From: Macrostomum hystrix
Taxonomy: Eukaryota; Animalia; Platyhelminthes
Direction of reading: 5' to 3'
Length of the DNA stretch: 64,000 bases
Assembly (NCBI GenBank): GCA_950097015.1
Contig: CATNEN010000002.1
Span: 5,022,001 to 5,086,000, forward strand
Shown here: one piece after another, positions 50,443 to 62,205 of the stretch
Numbering within the stretch: position 1 is the stretch's first letter
How the letters are laid out: the number at the start of each line of letters is the position of its first letter
The notes under the pieces: model-generated
What the model was told of the DNA's origin: nothing
Database searches by the model: none
The model's input: the letters and a program-made list of their open reading frames with translations, nothing else
Position numbers and translations under genes: made by a program

Positions 50443-52235
50443 AGTAGGTAATTACCTGAGCTGGTCACAACAGCTGGTTGCTATGCTAACCTGAATGGGT
50501 AGGTAATTACCTGAGCTGGTCACAACAGCTGGTTGCTATGCTAACCTGAATGGGTAGTTAATTACCTGAGCTTGTTACAACAGCTGGTTGCTATGCTAAC
50601 CTGAATGGGTATTTAATTACCTGAGCTGGTCACAACAGCTGGTTGCTATGCTAACCTGAATGGGTAGGTAATTACCTGAGCTGGTCACAACAGCTGGTTG
50701 CTATGCTAACCTGAATGGGTAGGTAATTACCTGAGCTTGTTACAACAGCTGGTTGCTATGCTAACCTGAATGGGTAGTTAATTACCTGAGCTTGTTACAA
50801 CAGCTGGTTGCTATGCTAACCTGAATGGGTAGTTAATTACCTGAGCTGGTCACAACAGCTGGTTGCTATGCTAACCTGAATGGGTAGGTAATTACCTGAG
50901 CTTGTTACAACAGCTGGTTGCTATGCTAACCTGAATGGGTAGTTAATTACCTGAGCTTGTTACAACAGCTGGTTGCTATGCTAACCTGAATGGGTAGTTA
51001 ATTACCTGAGCTGGTCACAACAGCTGGTTGCTATGCTAACCTGAATGGGTATTTAATTACCTGAGCTGGTCACAACAGCTGGTTGCTATGCTAACCTGAA
51101 TGGGTAGTTAATTACCTGAGCTTGTTACAACAGCTGGTTGCTATGCTAACCTGAATGGGTAGTTAATTACCTGAGCTTGTTACAACAGCTGGTTGCTATG
51201 CTAACCTGAATGGGTAGTTAATTACCTGAGCTGGTCACAACAGCTGGTTGCTATGCTAACCTGAATGGGTAGGTAATTACCTGAGCTTGTTACAACAGCT
51301 GGTTGCTATGCTAACCTGAATGGGTAGTTAATTACCTGAGCTTGTTACAACAGCTGGTTGCTACGCTAACCTGAATGGGTAGGTAATTACCTGAGCTTGT
51401 TACAACAGCTGGTTGCTATGCTAACCTGAATGGGTAGTTAATTACCTGAGCTTGTTACAACAGCTGGTTGCTATGCTAACCTGAATGGGTAGTTAATTAC
51501 CTGAGCTTGTTACAACAGCTGGTTGCTATGCTAACCTGAATGGGTAGTTAATTACCTGAGCTTGTTACAACAGCTGGTTGCTATGCTAACCTGAATGGGT
51601 AGGTAATTACCTGAGCTTGTTACAACAGCTGGTTGCTATGCTAACCTGAATGGGTAGTTAATTACCTGAGCTTGTTACAACAGCTGGTTGCTATGCTAAC
51701 CTGAATGGGTAGTTAATTACCTGAGCTTGTTACAACAGCTGGTTGCTATGCTAACCTGAATGGGTAGGTAATTACCTGAGCTTGTTACAACAGCTGGTTG
51801 CTATGCTAACCTGAATGGGTAGTTAATTACCTGAGCTTGTTACAACAGCTGGTTGCTATGCTAACCTGAATGGGTAGTTAATTACCTGAGCTTGTTACAA
51901 CAGCTGGTTGCTATGCTAACCTGAATGGGTAGTTAATTACCTGAGCTTGTTACAACAGCTGGTTGCTATGCTAACCTGAATGGGTAGGTAATTACCTGAG
52001 CTTGTTACAACAGCTGGTTGCTATGCTAACCTGAATGGGTAGGTAATTACCTGAGCTTGTTACAACAGCTGGTTGCTATGCTAACCTGAATGGGTAGGTA
52101 ATTACCTGAGCTTGTTACAACAGCTGGTTGCTATGCTAACCTGAATGGGTAGTTAATTACCTGAGCATGTTACAACAGCTGGTTGCTATGCTAACCTGAA
52201 TGGGTAGTAAATTACTTGAGCATGTTACAACAGAT
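50443..52235. repeat. 55-bp minisatellite, about 32 copies
   Basis: ACCTGAGCTTGTTACAACAGCTGGTTGCTATGCTAACCTGAATGGGTAGTTAATT. Confidence 0.96.
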
Positions 52236-52719
52236 ACGCTAATTAAGTGAAATGAAACTCTGGCTTTTTAAAGAATGTCTTCCACCTAACAGTAGGCTTA
52301 ATTAAATGAGGCACGATCAAGTCTGGTTCATCACGTTCATTTACGAGCTCGTAGTTTGGCTTGCGCGGTCAAATCTGGACAGGCTTCTCTGTCTCGACTT
52401 CGAATTTCACACGACTTCTGCTGCTGCTGCTGCTGCTGCTGATGCTGTTAGAAAAAAGTCTAGTTTGTATTTTAGACTTGGGTTTTACTCATCCTTATAC
52501 CTACGAGCGTATTTTGAACTTCTATAATTTACTTCACTGCTCGAATGTCAGAGTCTAGAGCTACTCATGTTAGGCCAAATAAATTTTCCGTTTTTTGTCT
52601 AGCCTGAGCAGTTTATGTCTGGATTAAAATCAACGATGTAGCCTCTTAAAACTGGCTGTTGCTGGATAAATTAGCTCAGCAGATTATCTTGGGCAATTTA
52701 ATCTCGAAACCCATTCTAA

Positions 52720-52832
52720 ACTCGGTTCATTATCTACTGACACTCGGTTCATCATGTACTGACGCTCGGTTCATCATGTACTGACGCTCGGTTCATCATG
52801 TACTGACACTCGGTTCATTATGTACTGACACA
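52720..52832. repeat. 22-bp tandem repeat, about 5 copies
   Basis: CACTCGGTTCATCATGTACTGA. Confidence 0.85.
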
Positions 52833-52992
52833 TTTCTTGAACGTGTTAAGGGTTATTTAAACAGTTAAAGATGATATCAGTAATTAATCCTTTTCATCCA
52901 ATGCATTCTATTTATTGTCAACGAATATTGAGATAGGACGTAAATAAAGTACAGTAGCGTTGTTCAACGCTGGTTAGTAAGTTATGACTGTT

Positions 52993-55900
52993 TTAATTTT
53001 CATCTTCCACCTCCTCAGCAATGACCTTCATGCTTCTATTCTTCTCCTGCTCAGCCAGTTCTTTCCACCGCTCCTTGTTGCTGCGCAGTGTTGCCATGGC
53101 AGCCCATTCTTCCGCTGCCGCCTCGGAGGTCGTTGATCTTCTTTCGTCTGGCAGAGGTGCCAGGAGCAGCTGCTTGACACCTTTCAGCAGCTGGGTTAAG
53201 GTCTGGAAGCTGGGCTCCACAATGTACTCGATGAAGCCTGCGGGAGATCGCATATTTTATTTTGAGGACCCAGCCTAACTGGCAATTGCGACATGAAATT
53301 CAAGAATGATGGCTCATGACAGAAGAGGACTTACTGGTGGGGTAATGACATCAGTTGGTAGGGGTAATGACATCAGTTGGTAGGGGTAATGACATCAGTT
53401 GGTAGGGTAATGACAAATCAGTTGGTAGGGGTAATGACATCAGTTGGTAGGGTAATGACAAATCAGTTGGTAGGGGTAATGATAGATCAGTTGGTAGGGG
53501 TAATGACATCAGTTGGTAGGGTAATGACAAATCAGTTGGTAGGGTAATGATAGATCAGTTGGTAGGGGTAATGATAGATCAGTTGGTAGGGTAATGACAG
53601 ATCAGTTTGTAGGGTAATGACATGAATTAGTAGCGGCATGTCATATTTTCGAGAGGTAGTTGATGCTTGTGTTAATTAAATCGACATTTCAGTGCCTGTA
53701 ACCTACCTAGACTTTAGTATTTTAACTTTCAGAGGAAACTCGTTAGGCCAGGCCTAAGCCTGTGTGAGCCTTAAAAAAGCAGAACTCATTTATAGTGCAT
53801 CCGCTGCTTTTGTCCCACTCTCCTGACAGAATCTCCCATATGTGCTCATCAGCTATGACTTTAATGCGACAGCCAATCCCTCGGGTTTTAGACTGTAGAC
53901 TGTAGAAGCATGGCTTTAACAGTTGCGCAAGCTTTAGAGTTTGCCGCAAGTCGCAGGCAAATTATTGATTTACTTAGCTAAGGCTAAAGCTACTGCTCAG
54001 CCTCGCTCTAAACTAAAGCAGAGCCAGACATTGTGCCAGTCTGTAATTAACCAAGTTATTCCATGCACAGCAATGACCTGGAGTCTTTGTACTGTCCCAG
54101 ATTCTGTTGCTATTTATAGAGGCCCATAGCTAGCTTAAATACTGAATTCCAAAATGAACTTTTAGACAGCCATAATAGAATCTGCTGTGATGAAAGCAGC
54201 CAGCCCACCCCTCACCAATTATAACATCACGAACTCGTTTGCTTTCTGCTCGGGAAATCGTCTCTTTCTCCTGATTTCTCTATTTCCTTTGACTTCATCC
54301 CACAGCAACGGTTAAAAACCTAAAAGTACATTTCTAATGCTTTGTACATTATTTAGCGGGGTAAATCATTCTGCTTGAGCTTAACGAATGACTGACTACT
54401 GACTGCTTTCCACTGATTCTTTAGTCCACCAGCCCTCAAAACTGCCCCTGATCCTTCAGTCCACCAGCCTTCCAAACCGCCCCCGATCATTCAATCCATC
54501 AGCGTTCCAAACCGCCCCTGATCCTTCAGTCCATCAGCCTTCAAAACTGCCCCTGATCCTTCAGTCCATCACCCTTCCAAACCGCCCCCGATCATTCAGT
54601 CCATCAGATTCAAAACTGCCCCTGATCCTTCAATCCATCAGCGTTCCAAACCGCCCCGATCATTCAGTCCATCAGCCTTCAAAACCTTCAGTCCATCAGC
54701 CTTCAAAACCTTCAGTCCATCAGCCTTCAAAAACATCAGTCCATCAGCCTTCAAAACCTTCAGTCCATCAGCCTTCAAAACCTTCAGTCCATCAGCCTTC
54801 AAAACCTTCAGTCCATCAGCCTTCAAAAACTTCAGTCCATCAGCATTCAAAACCTTCAGTCCATCAGCCTTCAAAACCTTCAGTCCATCAGCATTCAAAA
54901 CATTCAGTCTATCAGCCTTCAAAACCTCAAGCGCATCAGCCATAGCAGTGGCTGGTTGATTTCAGTCCTTTTCGAGCAGAAATGTAAAAACTGGAAAAGT
55001 CCTTTTAAAAAGGAGCAAGTGAAGGTGGAGCGGCTTTGTGGGCTAAATGAAATGGACAGCTGGGCAGACAGACGGTCTCTGTGCGGCACGGCTCTCCGCT
55101 AAGCTAATTAATTCAATCGAAACGCTGCTCGCTAGATGTCTGGCTGCAAATCGAATGTACTCAAATTCTATTAGACAAGGTCGGCAGGCAAACTCGGGTG
55201 GGGATATGGGTCTCGAGAAACTCCCCGCCAGACCGTGAGAAATCCGCACCTGCTCTGGCGCGAGTGTTTTGTGGCCCAGCACAGCAACCCAGATAGGGGA
55301 GAATTGATCGACTGAAGGTGGGAATTTTCTCCCCAAAAGCGTGCTCAACAGTACAATGGTCGCTGGGAAGCAGATTACCCTGCCACAGCATTTTTGCGCG
55401 CGTGATTCAAACTACTGCGTTCGATTTCTAATTAATCCTCAAGGTAGTTTTGCCTTCAATCTCCCTTCAATGGCTGGGCCCAGGGGATATTTCAGTATCT
55501 CCTCCCCTGCCCAGGGATTTGGCTAGGGGATAATGGGAAATCCGAGTAGACGGCATTGAAAGCCGAGGCGATGTACGGGGATCTAAGATTGGCGATGGGA
55601 TATTTTAATTACCTGCTAGAAAGATGGGATAAGACTTCTGAGCAGGGGAATCTGAGTCTTCATCATCCCTTTGGGCAAAAACTCTGCTTCAATCAACTGC
55701 AGCCTCGTGCCAATGCGAAACTAACAGTATGTGAGCTTATTATCAGCCCACAGAACAAAGTGTTGACAAGCAATGCGTCCGCTCCATCAACCACCCTAAA
55801 TCCGCCGTGTCTACCCACCACCCTACGTCCGCCCTGCATCCGCCCCTCTACAACCCTGCATCCGCCCCTCTACAACCCTGCATCCGCCCCTCTGCATCCC

Positions 55901-58007
55901 ACTCACCAACTTGCGAGGAGGCCACGAGAGTTTTCTCCCGGTCGCACAGGGGGCTGCAGGTCAGGCCCAGCTCCTTCTCGCGGTCGCCCTGTGCGAAGAA
56001 CTCCTCGTTCAGCCGCCCGGTCCACCGCTCGTGCAGCGGCCAAGCCTTGGCCGGGTGACTGATGTCGGCCACGTGCAGGATGTATGCCAGAATGTCCACC
56101 CTGGGCAGATTCTCGGGGCAAGGAATGGCGTCCTTCATGGCGGACACCTGGGTGAAGTGGGTGGACATGTCTGTGGCCAGCACCATGTCGATAACCATCG
56201 AACGGAACTGGCGATACTCGGCCTTGCTGAGGCCCTTCACCAGGTTGCCTTTGGCGCCGGCCTCGTGCATCCGGCGGAACACGGCGCTGACGTGGTGGCT
56301 CTCCAGCACCGACTTGTCGTTGTAGATCACGGCCAGGTGTGACCGGGTCTGCACGTGATAATTGTTTGTGGTTCCCGTGTGCTCAAAGTCGTGCACCAAG
56401 GCTGCAAACAGCAGCGCCAGCAGCTCCACGTCGCTGAGCCAGTCGGCCAGGCCGTGGTGGGCCACAATGAAACTGCACGACTGTGCCACGTCAGCGGAAT
56501 GGGTACAGTTGTGGTAGGGGTTGCCGTTGCGCTTGTAGCCAGCCTCCACCAGGTCTAGGAAGGCCTCCAGGGTTTCCATCTGGAGACAAGATACGGGCGG
56601 ACCCTAGGTGTGCTTAGACTCGTCTGGGTTCGAAATTTCGCAACTTCTGAAATTATTGCGCGGCGCATTCCCACTCCTATTTACCCCATCCAATGCTGGT
56701 ACCCATTTAACAGCTGGGTGAACTGAAGCAATGCAGAGTTAAGCGTCTTGCTAAAAGATACAGATCGTTTCAGTGAAGTCAGGAATCGAACCTCCAACCT
56801 TCAAATCGTGAATCCGACGCTCTTATCACTACGTCCCCCTACAAATCCTAGCTAATGATTAATAACAATACGAGCTAATAATAATTGCAGGAGGGCTGCG
56901 GGCAATGGCACATCATTTGGTGACTCTAGACCCGCAGCCAGCGAGGAGGCAATTCTGCCCATTTCGCTGACTCCTGAGTACGCACGCTCACAGATACGGT
57001 ACGCAGGCACACACTCACACAGGCACTGTGTCATCGTCAGGCAGTGTACACTCTCACTGTGCCTTGGCGGTTGGCCCTCAAGTTTGAAAATTGCACGAAA
57101 AGCCTCCAAGCCTTCTCACCGCGGCTGCGCCTCAAATGAATGTGGCCTCGCCGCGGAATATAGCTCATGGACCTTGGTACGAGAGGCAAGCGCGTTAGAC
57201 CGCTCTGCCCCTCACCCCCCCTAGCTAATGTTTCTTAGATTTCCAAATAAGATTGTGTCCACTCGCCTGTATCGAGAACTTGTCGATGAGATCGAACTTG
57301 TGGAACAGGTACAGGCCCATGTTGCGCACCGGTCGGTCGTTCGTCAGCTCCATCAACCCGAACGGATCAAAATCCCATCTCAATGCGCCGGACTCCAGGT
57401 AGGCTAATGTTGGGCCGGCTATGGGCACCGGCGGCAGTTGCGGCCCCGAGGACGCCTCTCCAACCGTCGCCATGGCAACGTCGGGTCGTCCCCGGAACAG
57501 GCGCTCGAAGTAGACGCTGGTCCGAACGACGGCTGCCAGACTGCGCAAGCGGTGCCGACGACCGGCTGTGGCAACCACGCTACCGCGTCGTGTGAAAGTG
57601 TTGGTCAGCCATTCCTGGACTCGATCGTCGGGTACCTCGGAGCCTGGCACAAGGTCAGCTTCGGCCTGACCGCCGCCGTTGATCCTGGCTGCGGCTCCGC
57701 TTACGGAGGCCTGGCTGAACAGGTCCTCGTCCAGCTCGCCGGAGCTGCGGCCTCGGGTCCGATCCATGAACACCTTCTCGAGCAGGCGTGCCGAGTTCAT
57801 GAGTGACGGCACAATCTCCTCCTTGCCAACATGGTCGAGCTGAACCAGTTCGAGCAGCTGGTGCAGCTTCAGCTTGCAGGCGGCCAGCAGCTGAAGATTG
57901 CCGCGCAAATCGTTGCTTGCCATCAGGAAGGGGACGCCGTCGCCGCCGCCGCCGCCGCCGCCGCCGCCTCCACTGCCAGTTCGAGTCGCATTCTGCTGGC
58001 TATTCAT
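52993..58007 (-). CDS. PDE1: Ca/calmodulin-dependent cyclic nucleotide phosphodiesterase, PDE1 family
   Basis: PDE1-type N-terminal VQEWLTNTFTR, catalytic NPYHNCTHSADVAQ, HDFEHTGTTN, LATDMSTHF, HVADISHP, EEFFAQGDREKELGL, SQVGFI. Exons 57267-58007 (start uncertain), 55907-56579, 52993-53237. Confidence 0.93.
53338..53625. repeat. 23/24-bp minisatellite in the last PDE1 intron
   Basis: GGTAATGACATCAGTTGGTAGGG. Confidence 0.9.
54410..54935. repeat. 24-bp minisatellite with a degenerate flank
   Basis: CCTTCAGTCCATCAGCCTTCAAAA. Confidence 0.9.
56668..56839 (-). mobile_element. tRNA-derived SINE family B with CORE domain
   Basis: tRNA-like head (GGTTCGATTCC), then GCAAGACGCTTAACTCTGCATTGCTTCAGTTCACCCAGCTGTTAAATGGG, which aligns by eye with the MIR CORE motif. 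Confidence 0.75.
56847..57221 (-). mobile_element. SINE family A copy in the PDE1 GC-AG intron
   Basis: Full head GGGGGTGAGGGGCAGAGCGGTCTAACGCG, shared body and TAA-rich tail. Confidence 0.82.
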
Positions 58008-58839
58008 CAGATTCGAGTAGGAGTGTTGAGGGTGAGCAAGATTTGGGAGTTGTGTCCAGGGCGCGAGTTTAATCGAACACAAGTTCCATCAGAGAATGCC
58101 TTTGCCGCCTTTATACATCAGTGATGAGTAGGCCTCCTGCGTCGTCTCTGATTCTTCTTGTTCTGGGCCAGCGAATCCCTGCTCGAATGTGGCAGCATCC
58201 CCTTTTCCTCATACAAGCGCTTCTTTCCCTCCTCCTGCCCGGGAGTCTGCCCACCCCCCTCCTTCCTGGAAGGCCTTGAGTTTCTCATCCCAGTCTGGCT
58301 CGAGGTATAGGGCAGGAGGGAGGGAGGGCGACGGTATTTCCGGCACTGCTCGCTGCTTTCACACCTGTGTGTCGCCTGGCCAGCCAGCTCTCAAGCGGTT
58401 TCTTAGAAAATGCTCGACTAGAAAGCGCTAGAGACTCAGTTGAGGCCATAGATGCCTACTCAGCCTTAGCTCAAGCTTCCTGATGAGCAGCTGGAAGGCG
58501 AAGGTATGAGGATCGCCATGTTTACGACCTGGCCTACAAAGTGCTAAGTCTCAGTCCCTTAGGCTATGCTTTTTGTCTTCTTGTCCTAGGGAATCATTCT
58601 CGTACTAATTATATTGAAATTGAACTTCTCGTTTGTTATGAAAACAGTTTTTAGTGCATCGATAGAATTGAAAACTAGATGAATCAATTAACTAAAGCAC
58701 TTAAATTTTTCTACGCCCGGTCAATCTGTTTTGAAGATAAATATTTGTAGGTGGATAAGGTAAAAAGGAGTGAATTTCGGTTGGAAGGTTGAGTACGTAA
58801 GGTTTGATTGGTACTTTTAGTAACTAGCCCTTAGTAGTG

Positions 58840-59531
58840 CAGGGTCGGCAAACTCCGGCCCGCAGCCCTCGAAGCTCCCGGCCCGTTGCCCCTTCTGACA
58901 TCTACAGTGTCCTGTTTCATCTCTCCCGTGTCCCATCTCTCCCGTGTCCCATCTCTCCCGTGTCCCATCTCTCCCGTGTCCCATCTCTCCCGTGTCTCAT
59001 CTCTCCCGTGACTCATCTCTCCCGTGACTCATCTCTCCCGTGTCTCATCTCTCCCGTGTCTCATCTCTCCCGTGTCTCATCTCTCCCGTGTCCCATCTCT
59101 CCCGTGTCTCATCTCTCCCGTGTCTCATCTCTCCCGTGTCCCATCTCTCCCGTGTCCCATCTCTCCCGTGTCTCATCTCTCCCGTGTCCCATCTCTCCCG
59201 TGTCCCATCTCTCCCGTGACTCATCTCTCCCGTGTCTCATCTCTCCCGTGTCTCATCTCTCCCGTGACTCATCTCTCCCGTGACTCATCTCTCCCGTGTC
59301 TCATCTCTCCCGTGTCTCATCTCTCCCGTGTCCCATCTCTCCCGTGTCTCATCTCTCCCGTGTCTCATCTCTCCCGTGTCTCATCTCTCCCGTGTCTCAT
59401 CTCTCCCGTGTCTCATCTCTCCCGTGTCTCATCTCTCCCGTGTCTCATCTCTCCCGTGTCTCATCTCTCCCGTGTCTCATCTCTCCCGTGTCTCATCTCT
59501 CCCGTGTCTCATCTCTCCCGTGTCTCATCTC
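58840..59531 (+). mobile_element. Truncated second copy of the Charlie-like MITE with an expanded 16-bp array (GTGTCTCATCTCTCCC)n
   Basis: The 5' about 75 bp match 26591-26690; the array runs about 58915-59531; no right TIR seen. Confidence 0.85.
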
Positions 59532-61526
59532 TTTACACGGGACATTTTACTTGTCCTTGAGATCAGAGTCTTCGACAAGAATTGCTGAATATCTAGACGA
59601 TGCTGAAGGTAAGTTCGGACGGCTTTGAAAGTTAGTTTATCGTGAGGTGCGAAAAATATGATCCATATGGTGGACTTTCACGAAAATCGGTCATTCGTTT
59701 TGGGAGTATTTGAAATAGCTCCTTGTGGTTTCCGCTGTTAATGAGAAGATCTGATTGGTCGGTGCAGTCGTTAATTATGGTTAGTTGTGGATAGACAAAA
59801 GCTAGTTTAGTTGTTCGGTCGATGTGAAATAACTAATGAAACAGTGATTCATAATAGTCCAACAGAAGCTGTTAGTAACGAAATTAAAAGCAAAAAAGTA
59901 AATCAAGCACATGTGACGTTGTCACTTTGCATGGAAAGTACATTTGCCTCCGTTTCCTGCGTTTTCGCCGTTGATGTGACCCTGTGAGTCGTACTGCGAC
60001 TCTTCCCGGTCGTTATGGCCAAGGTGGTGCCGTAACTCGCTCGGTGTCTCCTTGCATATCTATATATATATATACATATTGCTGATTTCACGCCTTTACG
60101 TTTCTAGCAGTTGTGTTACTACATTGTTACTGTCAGTAGACGTCGACGTACATCATGCTGTCCCTAAGATGTTTTCGCAATTTTATCAATTTTATTCTCC
60201 CTCAGCCAATGAGCGTGCGAGCTCCCTGTTTGCTCAATTTATCGATCACCCTCGTTTTCCGTCGGCCTAGCCTATTTAACTACCCCTGAGCCCGCCCGCG
60301 CTCCACCTCGCCGCGCCTCCGCCCCGCCTCCCCTCCGCGCTGCCTTTCCACTGCCCTACCGTTCCGTTCAGTTTTGTGCCATTCTGTTTCCAGTGCTGTT
60401 CTGTTCCTATTTTTGTGCTGCCACGCCGTGTCACCTGGTCTTTACTTGCCTCACCATCAGCCCCACTTTGTTTGTTCGTCGTCGTCAGAGCTCGTGCACC
60501 TGCCTTTATTATTCCCGAATTGTCGTGCGCCCCAGTGAATCAGATAAATATTCAAGTGCTACCGCTACACCCTATTGGATAACTTGAGGATTCTTAGAAC
60601 TGCCGGCTCACCTTCGTTATTCGCCTTAATAGCGTCACACACAACCTATCAAATTTGTGAAACTTTTTAATTGATTGTAAATAACGGTAAAAGCTATAAA
60701 AAGTTTTAATTGAACAAAATTAGGAAAGTTTTCCTAACATGTTTCTTTCTTCTTTAACTGCCTTTGAGCACAGCTCAACGATAAAAAAAGCTGCCAAGTT
60801 TTCTCTCCGCAGCTGCGTGACACAAATGAATGTGGCCTCACCTCACGATCTCATGAATCGTTTGTCGCGCGTTGAGAAAAATAATTCTATCAGAAAGAAA
60901 CAATGTGTCAGCCTTCCATGATGACCTTGTACTGGTTTCTTTTAGAAAGACAATACTTCATTATATATGAATAACAAATCTCTTCGTTTAAAAAACTGCT
61001 AAACTAACAATATCAATTAATCGGTATTCGGAAAACTATGTATTTTGGTAGAAGCAACTTGACAAGATGGATTGGGGAGTTCCGTCATCAGTAATTTCGT
61101 GGCGAGTCAAACCGTATTTCGGCTGTTCTGAGTGTTTTTCGTTTATAATTGCACACAAATTGGGAAAAGTTAATAAAAGCCTACCAGCATGACACAGGAG
61201 GGAGGGATGACCTTCCTGTTTAACAATGGGTTAAGACAATAATTATCAAGTTACTAATGGGCAAATTTTGAAAAAATTGATGGAGACCAACAGAGCAACA
61301 GATTGAAGAATCACATCATATTTCTAATTCAGGATGACAGCATGACAAAACTATATTTTCATTAGAGCTAGCAAGTGTTTATATTGCTACAACAGAAGCA
61401 CACACATCTGATTCTCAGATTTAATTGTTTAATCTGACTACCTACTTAGAAGGTTTGTGTTTGTGAGAATAGCAAAAAAATATTCAGGTACTTTTAACAA
61501 GAAACGGCTGTCGACTGAGCTAATAA

Positions 61527-61528
<2 letters not shown>

Positions 61529-61566
<38 letters not shown>
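61529..61566. repeat. (CAG)n microsatellite
   Basis: About 12 uninterrupted AGC units. Confidence 0.9.
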
Positions 61567-61792
61567 GCGGATTGGTGAGACGAAGTTTCACGGTAAAAAG
61601 CGGGCGAGGCACTTAAGGCAACATAGAAAATGTTTATCAGGCATAAAATATGGTTAGATTGTGCATTTGCAGATTCTGTGCCCTCGCTAGCCTACTGACT
61701 ATAGATGGACCTCAGTAGAGTGTTGAGCACATTCTGTAGGAATCATTTACTGCTTTTATTAATAAGGCTGTGTACAGCTGTTCAGTTTTCCA

Positions 61793-61958
61793 TAGACCCC
61801 AGCTAATGCTGAAACATTTTTTAACTGGTTGAGCGGAAGCAGTGTGCAATTTGGTGTCTTGCCAAAGGACACAAATTGCCTCCGCTGGGTTGAGATTCGA
61901 ACTCACGACCTCTCAGTCAGAAGTCCAACGCTCTAACCACTATAGGGTGCAAGCTCCG
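61793..61958 (-). mobile_element. SINE family B (CORE) copy
   Basis: Head AGTGGTTAGAGCG...GAGTTCGAATC, then TGTGTCCTTTGGCAAGACAC. Confidence 0.7.
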
Positions 61959-62205
61959 ACTTCTGAAAGCTCTAGCGAGTTGTTTTCGCAACACCAAAGA
62001 ACTTCGTTGACCCCGAAAGAAGCACATTCAGGCTTGAAAGCGAACTCAAAACTCAAACAGGCTCGCTTTGTTAGAAGTTTAGAGAAATACAAGCTAGTAG
62101 TAATCTCTGAAAGAAAACACCAAAAACAGCAAATTCAAAACTGGCTATCCCACAGCTTAGCAGCAATATGCAACAATGCGACAAGGATTGGCTCAACACT
62201 GCAGC

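Noticed and set aside
50443-52235. CRISPR-like regular repeats (also other arrays)
   Set aside because: Units are contiguous with no unique spacers, there are no cas genes, and the context is eukaryotic.
54960-55780. Non-repetitive intronic segment as a retroelement remnant
   Set aside because: No LTR ends, primer-binding site or RT/integrase motifs recognised.
55911-58124. Antisense and alternative-frame ORFs over PDE1 (similarly over UVSSA, NUP85 and PDZ-LIM)
   Set aside because: Shadow ORFs expected in GC-rich exons; no independent motifs.
61880-61958. tRNA genes (also 19920-19990, 33990-34068, 56780-56839, 680-745)
   Set aside because: Cloverleaf pairing is incomplete and most heads continue into a shared SINE body.
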